From a virus (lineage: Duplodnaviria > Caudoviricetes): DNA of 64,000 nucleotides. Of this stretch, positions 37,525 to 48,620 are shown piece by piece. Positions within the stretch are counted from its first letter, which is position 1. Each line of letters opens with the position of its first letter. Made by a program: the position numbers and the translations under genes. The notes beneath the pieces were generated by a model. That model saw only the letters and a program-made list of their open reading frames with translations, was not told the DNA's origin and did not search any database. The stretch is taken from IMG/VR virus record IMGVR_UViG_3300010352_001202. One strand, 5' to 3'.

Positions 37525-38688
37525 ATGGCAGTCAATATTAACAATATTACAATAGACGGACTTACTAAAATTTCAAAAGTACCTGAACCAGTAGGTACAT
37601 TAGAAGCAAGTTCATATTCAGTAACATCAGGTGACAGTGTAACATTAACATGGACATCGTCGGAAACTACTACAGTAACCGCAAGCGGTGCATGGAGCGG
37701 ATCTAAAGCATTAAACGGAAGTGTATCATCCGGGGCATTGACAAATGCAAGTAATACATTTGGACTTACATTTATAGGACCCGGTGGATCGACTTATGTT
37801 TCTGTAGAGGTAGCTGTAGTTACACCTGTTGTTGGTGAACAGGTATTTCCTACACCTACAACTACTACATGGGTAGTTCCTGCTGGTGTTACATCTATTT
37901 GTGTTGTTGCAGTGGGCGCCGGCGGTGGTGCTCAATCGGCAGGATCAGTTCACGGTACAGCATCGGGAGGCGGTGGTGCCCTTGCCTATGTAAATAATAT
38001 AGCTGTTACACCAGGCGAAACATTAAACTTATCTGTAGGTAATGGTCCATATTCAGTAACAAGTTCCTCTGCTAGTGTTGGAAATATTCCAGATGGTGGA
38101 CCCACTTGGCTAGCACGCGGAGCAACAAAGCTTGTTCACGCCGGCGGCGGTCACGGCGCTATAGGAACACCGTCGAGTGCATCAGCAGGCGGCGCCGGCG
38201 GATCAGTTATTGTTGGTTCTGGTGGAGCAGGCGGCGCCGGTACAGTTTCGTATTTTGCACGACTCGCCGGCGGCGGTGGCGCCGGCGGATATTCCGGCGC
38301 CGGTGGTTACGGCGGTGGAACATATAGTGCAAGTTCATCGACAGTTCAGGCAGCAGGATCGGGTCACGGTGGCGCCGCCGCCGGCGGTTCTACACATCAG
38401 ACTGCAAACGGTCATTCAGGTGGTGGCGGTGGCACAGGAATATACGGAATAGGTAGCAGTGGTTCTGCTGCAAGTTCTCCATATACAGGTCAGGGCGGCG
38501 CAGGTGGTTCCACGGCAAATAGTACAGGAACAGCCGGCACCACCGGCGGTGCATCTGTTGGTGGATACCCAGGTGGTGGCGCCGGAGCCCCTGTAAGTGA
38601 TAATTTATCAACTTATGGTAATGGTGCCAATGGTGCATTGAGAATTATTTGGGGACCTGGGAGATCATTCCCATCTAACGCAGCATAA
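37525..38688 (+). CDS. Glycine-rich virion adhesin/decoration protein with N-terminal Ig-like domain
   Basis: SVTLTWTS...WSGSK beta-sandwich-like segment, then WVVPAGVTSICVVAVGAGGG...GANGALRIIWG glycine-rich domain; GATAAATA 37499-37506 and SD GGAG. Confidence 0.7.
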   Translation: MAVNINNITIDGLTKISKVPEPVGTLEASSYSVTSGDSVTLTWTSSETTTVTASGAWSGSKALNGSVSSGALTNASNTFGLTFIGPGGSTYVSVEVAVVTPVVGEQVFPTPTTTTWVVPAGVTSICVVAVGAGGGAQSAGSVHGTASGGGGALAYVNNIAVTPGETLNLSVGNGPYSVTSSSASVGNIPDGGPTWLARGATKLVHAGGGHGAIGTPSSASAGGAGGSVIVGSGGAGGAGTVSYFARLAGGGGAGGYSGAGGYGGGTYSASSSTVQAAGSGHGGAAAGGSTHQTANGHSGGGGGTGIYGIGSSGSAASSPYTGQGGAGGSTANSTGTAGTTGGASVGGYPGGGAGAPVSDNLSTYGNGANGALRIIWGPGRSFPSNAA

Positions 38689-38694
38689 ATCTGC

Positions 38695-38742
38695 CTACCT
38701 GCTATTTCTGTATTTGTGATAAATATACGAAATGGTAGGTAG
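38695..38742 (+). promoter_or_regulatory. Late promoter GATAAATA (38718-38725) at the apex of a ~21-bp hairpin masking the SD of the 38748 gene
   Basis: ctacctgctatttctgtattt-gtgat-aaatatacgaaatggtaggtag pairs throughout with three G-U pairs and one bulge. Confidence 0.8.
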
Positions 38743-38747
38743 ACTCT

Positions 38748-39581
38748 ATGGCTCAGAAAATTAAATTACAAGACGGTAATATTGTTTACTCAGCGAGTGA
38801 TCCAGCTCACGCGGTAAACTTCGGTATCAATGGCCAATTAAATGTCACTAAGGAACTTAATGTCGGCGATGATCCGCTTGCTGATGGGATTATTACCACT
38901 CCTGTTGATCTTGATCTAAATATTATCACCGCAGGTACAGGTAAACTCAAGTTGGTTACTGACCTTACAGGTGCTATCCTTCTAAATAATGTTCAATGGC
39001 CCGATGGCACTGTAGTTCCTGTTCCCGGAATGTATATCGGCGTATCTGCACTCAATACTTTACAGTTTTATACATTTCCACCAGTTAGTGGCACAGTTAC
39101 CTCAGTAGGAGCTGTAGGAAATAATGGTATTACTATTGCCGGTTCTCCGATTACATCTTCGGGTACAATAACACTTGGATTAGGTGCTATTACACCTACC
39201 AGTATTTCTACAACAGGAAATATTGGTGCCGGTGGTATCATAACCTCGCTCAACTTTACTGGTTCAAGTTCCGGCACAAATACAGGCGATCAAACAATCA
39301 CTCTAACAGGCGATGTCACTGGTTCGGGCTCTGGCAGTTTTGTAACAACTCTGGCTAATACAGCGGTTGTTCCGGGCCCTTATACAAACGCAAACATCAC
39401 TGTTGATGCGCAAGGCAGAATTACAGCAGCAGCAAACGGCCCAGCGGTACCTACAATATTAAATGATCTTACAGATGTAACTATTACTTCGCTGGCTAAC
39501 CACGATGTATTAAGTTATGATTCCATTACATCACAATGGATTAATTTACCAGCGGATCTAATACCTGTTCAGAATATTTAA
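38748..39581 (+). CDS. Fibre-like virion protein
   Basis: T/G/S-rich; shares GTVTSV...GSPITSSGTITL, GTNTGDQTITLTGDVTGSG and ITVDAQGRITAA modules with neighbouring fibre genes. Confidence 0.7.
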   Translation: MAQKIKLQDGNIVYSASDPAHAVNFGINGQLNVTKELNVGDDPLADGIITTPVDLDLNIITAGTGKLKLVTDLTGAILLNNVQWPDGTVVPVPGMYIGVSALNTLQFYTFPPVSGTVTSVGAVGNNGITIAGSPITSSGTITLGLGAITPTSISTTGNIGAGGIITSLNFTGSSSGTNTGDQTITLTGDVTGSGSGSFVTTLANTAVVPGPYTNANITVDAQGRITAAANGPAVPTILNDLTDVTITSLANHDVLSYDSITSQWINLPADLIPVQNI

Positions 39582-39590
39582 AGGATAACT

Positions 39591-40151
39591 ATGCCATTTC
39601 TGCATATAACAAATTTTAGTGCTACACCGACATCCGGGACTGTTCCACTTACAGTAAATTTCACTGATTTATCCTCTGGTCCACCGACAGCATGGTCGTG
39701 GGATTTCGGTGATCCAGCAAGTGGTGTATTGAATACAAGTACATTACAGAATCCGTCACATACATATTCGTCTGCCGGAACCTATACTGTTGCCCTAACT
39801 CCCACCGCACCCGCCGTATATGTAACACAGACACAAACAAATCTTATTACTGTATCAGCACCACCAAACACTGTATATACACTTACATCTGCCGATGCCG
39901 GAAAAGAAACAAGAGTAACAAACGCATCACCGGGAACCGATATTCATATTCCCACCAATGCGGCACATCCGGATATTTTAGTAGGAATGGTTTTTATTAT
40001 AACTAAAATCAGTTCCGGTACCGTTACACTTATAAATGATGGTGTTACTCTAAACACATCATTATCACCGTTGGTAATACCTGCCGTAGGAAATACCGTT
40101 CGTCTTGTCAAAGTCGCTACAGATGAGTGGGATATGCAATTCTGGTCATAA
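39591..40151 (+). CDS. PKD (Ig-like) domain virion protein
   Basis: FSATPTSGTVPLTVNFTDLS...WSWDFGD...STLQNPSHTYSSAGTYTVALT is a canonical PKD domain. Confidence 0.85.
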   Translation: MPFLHITNFSATPTSGTVPLTVNFTDLSSGPPTAWSWDFGDPASGVLNTSTLQNPSHTYSSAGTYTVALTPTAPAVYVTQTQTNLITVSAPPNTVYTLTSADAGKETRVTNASPGTDIHIPTNAAHPDILVGMVFIITKISSGTVTLINDGVTLNTSLSPLVIPAVGNTVRLVKVATDEWDMQFWS

Positions 40152-40231
40152 TTGAATTAACTCGTCGGATTCTGATTTATCACATTTGTGATAAATAATG
40201 AAAAGACTGCGAAGGTTAACAGGAATCCAGC

Positions 40232-41413
40232 ATGGCAATTAAGGTTAGTACATTATTAGCGCACAACACGGATGTCGTACTCGATTCATCCCCATCGCTC
40301 GGTGGTCCCCTAGATACAAATAATTTTCCAATAGCAAATAGCGGAAACCCTGTAGTAATTTCGGGCAACGGTTACCCAATAACAACCGGTACTTCGGGAC
40401 AAGTTCTTACAACAGACGGCGCTGGGTTGCTATCATGGCAAAGTCCGGCAAGCGGATCTATAACTTTAGTAGGGGATGTCACTGGATCTGGTAATTCGCC
40501 GGTAACGACGACAATTTCTAATACAACAGTAATTCCCGGACCGTATGGCTCTTCGTCTTCGGTTGCTACGTTTACCGTAAATTCGCAAGGTCGTTTAACA
40601 ACTGCTTCTAATGCTCCAATTTCTATTACGCCGTCACAGGCTGGCTTAGGAAATGTAGCAAATCAATTACAGGTTATCAACGCCGGCGGAGCCCCGAGTA
40701 TTAGAGAAGGAACAGGTGTTCCCTCTGGGCCAGATACTACCGGTGCTCTTTATGTCGACCGCGGAGTCACTAACGGAGATGGAATTTATTATTACGACGG
40801 CTCATCATGGGTTGTCGTTGCTACAAAGCCCAATCTGTATGATGAACAAGTAAACGGGTTTATTGCGCCAACAGCAATGGCGCTTGATTCGGTTGCGCTA
40901 GGTTCAGGTGCTGAAACTCAGGCAGGAGCAAATAATTCTCTTGCTATTGGCTTACAATCATTGGCAAGAACACCGGGTGGTGTAGTTCAGGCCAGCGGTA
41001 GATTTTCAAATAACGGTGATGCTCAAGCGGGCCGATATTTACTTAGAACAAATACAATCAGTAATGTTCCGACAGAGTTATTCATTGACGGAACAGCAGG
41101 TAGCGTTCGTTTGGTTCTTCCAGATGACGCAACATGGACTTTTAGAATTACAGTTACAGCACACAGAACGGATTTACCAAACGGGCATGCAGGGTATACG
41201 GCAGCAGGGGTTATATATAGAGGCTCCGGTGTCGCGACTACTTCTATCCAGGGATCAGTCAATAAACAGGTGTTAGCGGAGTCAAATCCATCCTGGGATA
41301 TAAATATAAGTGCTGACCCTACCAACGGGTCGTTAAAGATAACTGCCACAGGCGAGACAGGCAAAATTATTCGATGGGTTGCTTTAGTTGAAACAGTCGA
41401 AATTACAAATTAA
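40232..41413 (+). CDS. Fibre protein, paralogue 1 (shared C-terminal domain)
   Basis: Shaft modules and YadA-like SVALG/SLAIG repeats; C-terminal GDAQ...TNGSLKITATGETGKIIRWVALVETVEITN shared with the next two genes; GATAAATA 40190-40197. Confidence 0.75.
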   Translation: MAIKVSTLLAHNTDVVLDSSPSLGGPLDTNNFPIANSGNPVVISGNGYPITTGTSGQVLTTDGAGLLSWQSPASGSITLVGDVTGSGNSPVTTTISNTTVIPGPYGSSSSVATFTVNSQGRLTTASNAPISITPSQAGLGNVANQLQVINAGGAPSIREGTGVPSGPDTTGALYVDRGVTNGDGIYYYDGSSWVVVATKPNLYDEQVNGFIAPTAMALDSVALGSGAETQAGANNSLAIGLQSLARTPGGVVQASGRFSNNGDAQAGRYLLRTNTISNVPTELFIDGTAGSVRLVLPDDATWTFRITVTAHRTDLPNGHAGYTAAGVIYRGSGVATTSIQGSVNKQVLAESNPSWDINISADPTNGSLKITATGETGKIIRWVALVETVEITN

Positions 41414-41427
41414 GGAAATAACAAAAA

Positions 41428-44082
41428 ATGGATTTTAATTTTGATACGGGCGAGATTTATGGTGGTCTTCAAACCCTCGATGTAACAGTTCTTCCACCAC
41501 TAGGCGGCCAAGCAGGTGTTTTGACAATTGTCGGTGATGGTGCCCTAACAGTTCCAGTAGGAACTCAATTACAACGCCCGGTGACACCAACAGCAGGTAT
41601 GTTCCGTTTCAACGATGACACAGACCTTCTAGAATACTATGATGGCACACAATGGAATCCATTGTCGACATCATCGAGTACAGTTTCTTCTGTAGCAGCG
41701 AACTCGAACTCGTCTGGTTTAACAATCACAGGTTCACCAATTACATCTGCTGGTACATTCCAATTTACACTTGATGCCGGCCTACAGGCACTTTCAGTTA
41801 AGTCATCTACAGGCATTATGGTTCAGACTGGTTCTGACACATACACATCTGTTTCGATTGACGGAACCGTAGGTAACATTTCGGTTACAAACAACGACGG
41901 TACAGGCGGCAATCCAACTATTAATCTTGCCTCTGTTGTACAGGGCAGTGGTGGCTCCTTTCTAAAATTCACACTCGATGGATTTGGCCGTGTAGTCCAG
42001 AACACCGCAGTAGTTCAGTCAGATATTACAACTCTTGTTGATAGCGTCTATGTAAACGTAGCCGGTGATACAATGACTGGTAACTTGAACATGGGTGGTA
42101 ACAGTATCACTAACGTTGCTGCTCCAGTTAACGGCGGCGATGTAACAAACAAGGATTATGTTGATGCTCTTGCCAACGGTCTTTCATGGAAGCAATCCGT
42201 TACAGCAGCAACAACAACAAACGGTGTTCTTGCTACAGATTTTGAAAACGGAGATACATTAGACGGTGTTACACTTGCAACCGGAATGCGTATTCTTATC
42301 AAGAACCAAACCTTACAAGAAAATAACGGCATTTATGTTGTTCAGGCATCTGGTGCTCCAGTTCGTGCCACAGACATGGACGCAACAACTCCTGTTAACG
42401 AAATTAACGGCGCTGCTGTATTTGTTGAACAAGGTACAGCCAATGCTGATACAGCATGGGTTCAGACTGCTAATGTTGTAACATTAGGAACAGATCCTAT
42501 TGTTTGGGCTCAATTCGCAGGTGCTGGTGCTTATACAGCAGGTAATGGTTTAACATTAACAGGTAATCAGTTCTCGTTAACATCCCCTGTTTCTGTTGCT
42601 AACGGCGGTACAGCACTTTCGTCGACACCATCAAACGGTCAAGTCCTAATTGGTAACGGAACAGGTTATACACTTTCGACACTAACTGACGGTACAGGTA
42701 TTAGCATCACAGAAGGTGCTGGTTCGATTACAATTTCTAATGATGGTGTTCTATCTGTTACTGGTACAACAAACCAGATTACAGCTTCACCAACAACAGG
42801 AAACGTTGTTCTAAGCTTGCCATCGACATTGATTGTCCCTGGTTCATTAGAAGTAACAACAACATTCCAGGTTGATACATTCACTCCAAATAGCATGTTG
42901 TATGTAACAACAGGTGGTGAAGTTGTTTCAACAGCAGCATTGACAGATGGTCAAATTCTAATCGGCGACACAGGATCAGTTCCTGTGGCTGGCACAATCA
43001 CTGGCGGAACAGGTATTACCGTAACAAACGGCGCCGGTACAATTACTATCGATGTTGATTCGACAGAACTTGTAACAAGTTTCAGCGCAGGCACAACAGG
43101 TCTAACACCAAACACACCTACAACAGGAGCAGTTACATTAGCAGGAACTCTTGCTACAACTAACGGTGGTACAGGCCTAACAACAATCGGAACAGCTAAC
43201 CAATTCTTAGCAGTTGATACAGCAGGCACAGCACTAGAATACAAGAGCATTTCGGCAGGTACAGGCATTTCTGTAACTCCTGGTGCTGGTGTTCTAACAA
43301 TTGCTAACACTGGTGTAACATCGGTTGCGTTGTCGCTTCCTGGTTCAGTATTCAATGTTACTGGTTCCCCAGTAACAACAACCGGAACACTAACTGGTGC
43401 GTTCACGACACAATCGGCTAATACAGTTTTCGCAGGCCCAACATCCGGTGGCGCAGCAACACCAACATTCCGCGCACTTGTTCTTGATGATCTTTCTACA
43501 GCACTTCAGTTGTATACAGAAAATCCAACAACACCTACATCTCCTGTAGCTTCCGGCAATAACGCCGTAGCTATCGGTAGTGGAGCTACTGCTACAGCAG
43601 CAGGAAGTTTTGCGGAAGGTGCCGGAACAGATGCTCGTATTTTTGGACAAAAGGCATACGCAAACGGTTCGTTTGCTACAGCCGGCGATGCTCAGCATGG
43701 TGTTTATGTTCTTAGAACACAAACAACAAACAACACCTTAACAGAAATGTTCTTAGACGGCCCTGGCGGAACACAGAGTATTGTTCTTCCTGACAACTCT
43801 TTATTTGTATTTGATATCTTTGTTGCAGGTCGCAGAACAGATGCTGTCGGCGGCGGCGCAGGTTATAGATTTGTTGGCGTTGCAAAGAAGGACACCACAT
43901 CGGGTTCGGTAACTTTTGTCGGTACACCATCGAAGACAATCATCGGCGAAACAAATACACCATGGGATGCCGCAGTCTCAGTTAATACTGCAAACGGTTC
44001 TATGCGTGTTCGTGTAACAGGCGAAACAGGCAAGAATATTAATTGGGTTGCTACAGTCCTAACCACAGAAGTTACAAACTAA
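41428..44082 (+). CDS. Long fibre protein, paralogue 2
   Basis: 884 aa, T/G-rich; PxGT..RP...G.FRFN N-terminal motif, GLSWKQSV...RILIKNQT...NGIY module and the shared C-terminal domain. Confidence 0.8.
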   Translation: MDFNFDTGEIYGGLQTLDVTVLPPLGGQAGVLTIVGDGALTVPVGTQLQRPVTPTAGMFRFNDDTDLLEYYDGTQWNPLSTSSSTVSSVAANSNSSGLTITGSPITSAGTFQFTLDAGLQALSVKSSTGIMVQTGSDTYTSVSIDGTVGNISVTNNDGTGGNPTINLASVVQGSGGSFLKFTLDGFGRVVQNTAVVQSDITTLVDSVYVNVAGDTMTGNLNMGGNSITNVAAPVNGGDVTNKDYVDALANGLSWKQSVTAATTTNGVLATDFENGDTLDGVTLATGMRILIKNQTLQENNGIYVVQASGAPVRATDMDATTPVNEINGAAVFVEQGTANADTAWVQTANVVTLGTDPIVWAQFAGAGAYTAGNGLTLTGNQFSLTSPVSVANGGTALSSTPSNGQVLIGNGTGYTLSTLTDGTGISITEGAGSITISNDGVLSVTGTTNQITASPTTGNVVLSLPSTLIVPGSLEVTTTFQVDTFTPNSMLYVTTGGEVVSTAALTDGQILIGDTGSVPVAGTITGGTGITVTNGAGTITIDVDSTELVTSFSAGTTGLTPNTPTTGAVTLAGTLATTNGGTGLTTIGTANQFLAVDTAGTALEYKSISAGTGISVTPGAGVLTIANTGVTSVALSLPGSVFNVTGSPVTTTGTLTGAFTTQSANTVFAGPTSGGAATPTFRALVLDDLSTALQLYTENPTTPTSPVASGNNAVAIGSGATATAAGSFAEGAGTDARIFGQKAYANGSFATAGDAQHGVYVLRTQTTNNTLTEMFLDGPGGTQSIVLPDNSLFVFDIFVAGRRTDAVGGGAGYRFVGVAKKDTTSGSVTFVGTPSKTIIGETNTPWDAAVSVNTANGSMRVRVTGETGKNINWVATVLTTEVTN

Positions 44083-44097
44083 TAGGAAAATATAAAA

Positions 44098-46686
44098 ATG
44101 GATTTTGATTTTACAACGGAAACGATCACCCCTGAGCTTACCAATTTATTAACAATTGGTGGGACGGGGGGCTTTGAACTGCCTGTAGGTACAACCGCTG
44201 AAAGACCGGTCTCCGGTCTTTCAAATGGAGCTCTGCGTTACAACACTGATTTGAGCAATGTCGAGGGATATATTAACGGTTCGTGGACAACCATGGCCAC
44301 CGGTACTACTTCGATTACCTTAACAGGCGATGTTACTGGTTCGGGCGCAGGAACAATTCCTACAACTCTTGCAACTGTCAACTCTAACGTAGGAACTTTT
44401 GCGTCAGTAACAGTTAACGGAAAGGGGTTGGTTACCGCAGCAACAGCACTTTCAGGTGATGTTACCTCTTCTGGTGCCACAGTTACTCTTGCCACAGTTA
44501 ACTCTAACGTCGGACAATTTGCAGTTCAGACTGTAAATGCGAAAGGTTTAGTAACTGCTGCTACCACACTTGCAGCAACAGGTGATGCAACAGGTACATC
44601 ATCGGGCGCAGGAATTGCCTTAACACTTGCCACCGTAAACGGTTCGCCACAGACTGACACATTCCGCAAGATTACAGTCAACGGCAAGGGTCTGGTCACG
44701 GCCACATCGGCAGTAGCAACAGGTGACATTACAACAGCTCTTGGTTACACTCCAGTAAACAAAGCCGGTGATTCGATGTCCTCGGGTGCTAACCTAACAT
44801 TCGTAGGCGGAGGAACTGTAACAGGTTTACCTACACCGACAAACGGAACTGATGCTGCCAATAAGAATTATGTTGACTCGTCTATTGCTGGTCTTTCGTG
44901 GAAGCAATCTGTTCGCGCAGCAACAACTACAAACGGAACTTTTGCTACAGCATTTGCCAACGGTCAGACAATCGATGGCGTTACACTTGCTACAAATGAT
45001 CGTATTCTTATTAAGAATCAAACAACTCAGACAGAAAATGGTATCTATATTGTTCGGGCATCTGGTGCTCCAGTTCGTTCAACTGATGCTGATGTTGGTT
45101 CCGAATTAGTCGGTGCTACAGTTTATGTAGACCAGGGAACAACACAGGCAGATTCGGGTTGGACGCAGACAACCGCAGCACCAATTACAATTGGTTCGTC
45201 AAACATTGTTTGGGCTCAGTTCTCTGGATCGGGTTCCTATACAGCAGGCGCAGGTTTAACATTAACAGGTAATCAATTCTCGTTGACATCCCCTGTTGTT
45301 GCTACACTCGGCGGTACTGGTCAGACAACATACGCCATTGGTGATATCCTATACGCAAGCACAACATCGGCACTTTCAAGACTTGCCGATGTAGCTACAG
45401 GAAATGCTTTAATTTCTGGTGGTACAAATACAGCACCGAGCTGGGGTAAGATTGGTTTAACAACTCACGTAACAGGAACCCTACCTGTTGCTAACGGTGG
45501 TACAAATCTAACATCTATTGGTACAGCTAACCAAATTCTTGGTGTAAATACAGGCGCAACTGGTTTAGAATATAAGACAGTAACAGCAGGTACAGCAATT
45601 TCTGTTACACCAGCAGCAGGTTCGATTACCATTGCTAACACTGGTGTTACTTCTATTGCTGGAACAGCAAATCAGATAACAGCATCAGCAGCAACTGGCG
45701 CAGTTACATTATCTATGCCGGCAAACGTTACAATTGGTACAAGCTTAACAGTTTCGGGACTATCGGCAAACAGTTTCTTATATTCGGGAACAGCAGGTCT
45801 TCTAACAACAGCAACACCGACAAACGGTCAGCTATTAATTGGTTCCACCGGCGCAGCACCAGTAGCAGCAACATTAACTGCTGGTACAGGAATGAGCATC
45901 ACAAACGGTGCTGGTTCGATTACATTGAACAACACCGGTGTTACAAGCGTTGGTCTTTCGTTACCTGGCATTTTCACAGTCTCGGGTTCTCCAGTAACCA
46001 CAACAGGTACGCTGACTGCTACTCTAGCAAGCCAATCGGCAAACTTGGTGTTCGCATCGCCAAACGGTTCCGCTGGAACACCATCGTTTAGGGCTCTTGC
46101 TTATGCTGATCTTCCGATTGTTCTGTTCAAAGAAAATCCATCGAGTCCTGTTGCCCTTGTTGCTTCAGGTGCCAATTCTGTAGCAATTGGTTCGGGTGCC
46201 TCTTCAACAGGTGCTAATGCTATTGCCCACGGTGCCGGTTCTAGTTCTAACGTTGCCAACATCGTTACATTTGCTAACGGAAGTTTTGCTTCGGCAGGTG
46301 ATGCTCAATCGATTCGTGTTGTTTCTAGAAACTCGACAACAAATAACACAACAACAGAATTGTTTGTCGATGGTTCGGCACAGCGATTGGTTCTGCCAAA
46401 TAACTCTGCCTGGACATATAACATTCAGGTCGTTGGCCGTAGAACAGATGCTACTGGTGGTTATGCTATGTACAATTTTGTTGGTGGTATTGTTCGTGAT
46501 GCTACAGCAGCAACAACGACTATTCCAGCAAGTTCGAGAACAACTATCTTTGAAACTGATGGTGCTTGGAACTGTACAATTTCGGCAGATACAACAAACG
46601 GTTCGTTGAACATTAATGTAACAGGTCAGGCAGCAAAAACAATTCGTTGGGTAGCTACTATCGAACTCACACAAGTAACCAACTAA
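44098..46686 (+). CDS. Long fibre protein, paralogue 3
   Basis: 862 aa; same modules as 41428-44082 plus three TLATVN...TVNGKGLVTA repeats. Confidence 0.8.
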   Translation: MDFDFTTETITPELTNLLTIGGTGGFELPVGTTAERPVSGLSNGALRYNTDLSNVEGYINGSWTTMATGTTSITLTGDVTGSGAGTIPTTLATVNSNVGTFASVTVNGKGLVTAATALSGDVTSSGATVTLATVNSNVGQFAVQTVNAKGLVTAATTLAATGDATGTSSGAGIALTLATVNGSPQTDTFRKITVNGKGLVTATSAVATGDITTALGYTPVNKAGDSMSSGANLTFVGGGTVTGLPTPTNGTDAANKNYVDSSIAGLSWKQSVRAATTTNGTFATAFANGQTIDGVTLATNDRILIKNQTTQTENGIYIVRASGAPVRSTDADVGSELVGATVYVDQGTTQADSGWTQTTAAPITIGSSNIVWAQFSGSGSYTAGAGLTLTGNQFSLTSPVVATLGGTGQTTYAIGDILYASTTSALSRLADVATGNALISGGTNTAPSWGKIGLTTHVTGTLPVANGGTNLTSIGTANQILGVNTGATGLEYKTVTAGTAISVTPAAGSITIANTGVTSIAGTANQITASAATGAVTLSMPANVTIGTSLTVSGLSANSFLYSGTAGLLTTATPTNGQLLIGSTGAAPVAATLTAGTGMSITNGAGSITLNNTGVTSVGLSLPGIFTVSGSPVTTTGTLTATLASQSANLVFASPNGSAGTPSFRALAYADLPIVLFKENPSSPVALVASGANSVAIGSGASSTGANAIAHGAGSSSNVANIVTFANGSFASAGDAQSIRVVSRNSTTNNTTTELFVDGSAQRLVLPNNSAWTYNIQVVGRRTDATGGYAMYNFVGGIVRDATAATTTIPASSRTTIFETDGAWNCTISADTTNGSLNINVTGQAAKTIRWVATIELTQVTN

Positions 46687-46725
46687 TCTTACTTAGATAA
46701 ATAGTAGGTTATATAAGGGAATTTG

Positions 46726-47904
46726 ATGGACTTTGATACCACTCTCGAAACTATAACCCCCATAAAAACACCAGCATTAACTGTTGGTGGAACTGGGGGT
46801 TTAATTGCACCGGTAGGTACTACTGCTGAAAGGCCTGTCTCACCTACCAACGGGTTGTTACGGTACAATAGTACGACTTCTAATATAGAATTTTATGTAA
46901 ATAGCGCCTGGGTAAACTACCTTCCTGTTACTGTTACTTCACCTGTTATCACACAAGTTGTTACCTATGACGGCACAAAATGGGTTAACTCGAGCATTGT
47001 AGGATCGAATGCTTCGGGTACTATTGGCGTTTCGCCTTCGGGCGGCGGTACAGCATGGACCTTAGTCTCTGGCTCGCGATATACCGCAAATTTTGTGCAT
47101 AATTTAGGCACAACAAACGTGTCTGTAACTGTATGGGACACGTCAAATAATCAGATTGTTACACCGCAAAGTGTAACAACAACGAACGCTAATACCGTTG
47201 CTATTGTAGTTACAGGCAATACGAAAACTCTAAAGGTTGTTGTTATTGCTAATGGTGCTGCTATTGTAGCAGGCGGTTCTACTCCGTCTTCTGTTATCAC
47301 CGCATACGAAGGTGTAACAGTTTCTGCAGCGGCCACAAAATTAAATTTCCAAGGTCAGGCAGTCGGAGTTACAGATGCTGGATCGGGTACAACCAATATC
47401 ACTATAGGTTCGAGATTTACCTTCTTTGCCGCTTCTCTAGATACCCCGGTAAACGCAGATTTTGCTGTGAATGCCTTGGCAGTTATGATTACAGATCCGA
47501 CGTACAATTCTTTAAATGTGCGTGCGTTTAGTAATTCAACTGAACAGGGTGTAGCATATCTAGTTTCTATACCAGCTGGCGCAACAGCAATGACTGTAAA
47601 AATTCGTGGCAGAGCACAAACAGCACCGGGTGTTGCTTCGGTAGTTCAACCAAGAATTTATTACAGACTTTTGCCAAATAATACAGCAGTAGGCGCATGG
47701 TCAGCAGCACAAGAATTGGCAAATATTTCTATCCCCACAAACGCTAACTTTCAGTATGCTACTCAGACTATTCTGCTATCTACATTAGGATTAACTGCTG
47801 GTAATCTATATCAAATGGAATTGACACGACGCATTGCCGGTGTTACAGGAACAAACCTAGCAGCTAATTTCTTAATGGCTGAACTCACTGTGGAATTCGC
47901 ATAA
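46726..47904 (+). CDS. Virion fibre-associated protein
   Basis: Same MDF..T..TITP...LTVGGTGG...PVGTTAERP...G.LRYN N-terminus as the preceding fibre; HNLGT module; GATAAATA 46696-46703. Confidence 0.7.
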   Translation: MDFDTTLETITPIKTPALTVGGTGGLIAPVGTTAERPVSPTNGLLRYNSTTSNIEFYVNSAWVNYLPVTVTSPVITQVVTYDGTKWVNSSIVGSNASGTIGVSPSGGGTAWTLVSGSRYTANFVHNLGTTNVSVTVWDTSNNQIVTPQSVTTTNANTVAIVVTGNTKTLKVVVIANGAAIVAGGSTPSSVITAYEGVTVSAAATKLNFQGQAVGVTDAGSGTTNITIGSRFTFFAASLDTPVNADFAVNALAVMITDPTYNSLNVRAFSNSTEQGVAYLVSIPAGATAMTVKIRGRAQTAPGVASVVQPRIYYRLLPNNTAVGAWSAAQELANISIPTNANFQYATQTILLSTLGLTAGNLYQMELTRRIAGVTGTNLAANFLMAELTVEFA

Positions 47905-48620
47905 TGGCAATTCAAATGACCGGCGTGACCAATAGGCATTTGTACACAACAAGTACAAATTTTTTAGCATCAACAGATCCATACTCTATTTCTGTATGGA
48001 TTAATGCTATATGGAATGGTGGCACACGTTTAAGTTATGTAGGAATGTATAACGGGGACCTTGTTGGTGGAACAACTACTGGATTACAGATTGGAACAAG
48101 CACTGGCGCCGGCGAAGTAACTTGCTGGACCTACGGCGGCGCACCTATGGTTGAGAGCGCCGCCGGCGCCATGACGCCTTTTAATAATACATGGGTAATG
48201 ATAACATATACATACGATGGTACAAATCATCGTGTATATAGAAACGAAGTATTACTTAATACAGATACAGTCGCCCAGAATCCAGGAACATTTACTCAGA
48301 TTTATATAAATGGATATCCGCCGACAGGCACAACAAACGAAACATCGACATATCAAATCGACTCCTATAATTACTACGGCAGAACATTAACGCAGCCAGA
48401 AATTCAGACAATTTATGAATCTCGTGGCAATAGACACGCCATTACATATACTCAGATCGCAGCATATGACTTTGATGAATTAGCACAAGGTTCGACAGTC
48501 ACTGGGGTAATTGATATCTCTGGTAACGGAAATACTATGATAAATACAGGAGCAGGTACTGCGATAACATATACCTATACCGGTACAGTAGCAAGTTCTA
48601 ATTTAAGGCCAGTTCAATAA
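47904..48620 (+). CDS. LamG/concanavalin-A-like lectin domain protein
   Basis: YSISVWI...NTWVMITYTYDGTNHRVYRN...IDSYNYYGRTLTQPEI LamG pattern. Confidence 0.75.
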   Translation: MAIQMTGVTNRHLYTTSTNFLASTDPYSISVWINAIWNGGTRLSYVGMYNGDLVGGTTTGLQIGTSTGAGEVTCWTYGGAPMVESAAGAMTPFNNTWVMITYTYDGTNHRVYRNEVLLNTDTVAQNPGTFTQIYINGYPPTGTTNETSTYQIDSYNYYGRTLTQPEIQTIYESRGNRHAITYTQIAAYDFDELAQGSTVTGVIDISGNGNTMINTGAGTAITYTYTGTVASSNLRPVQ

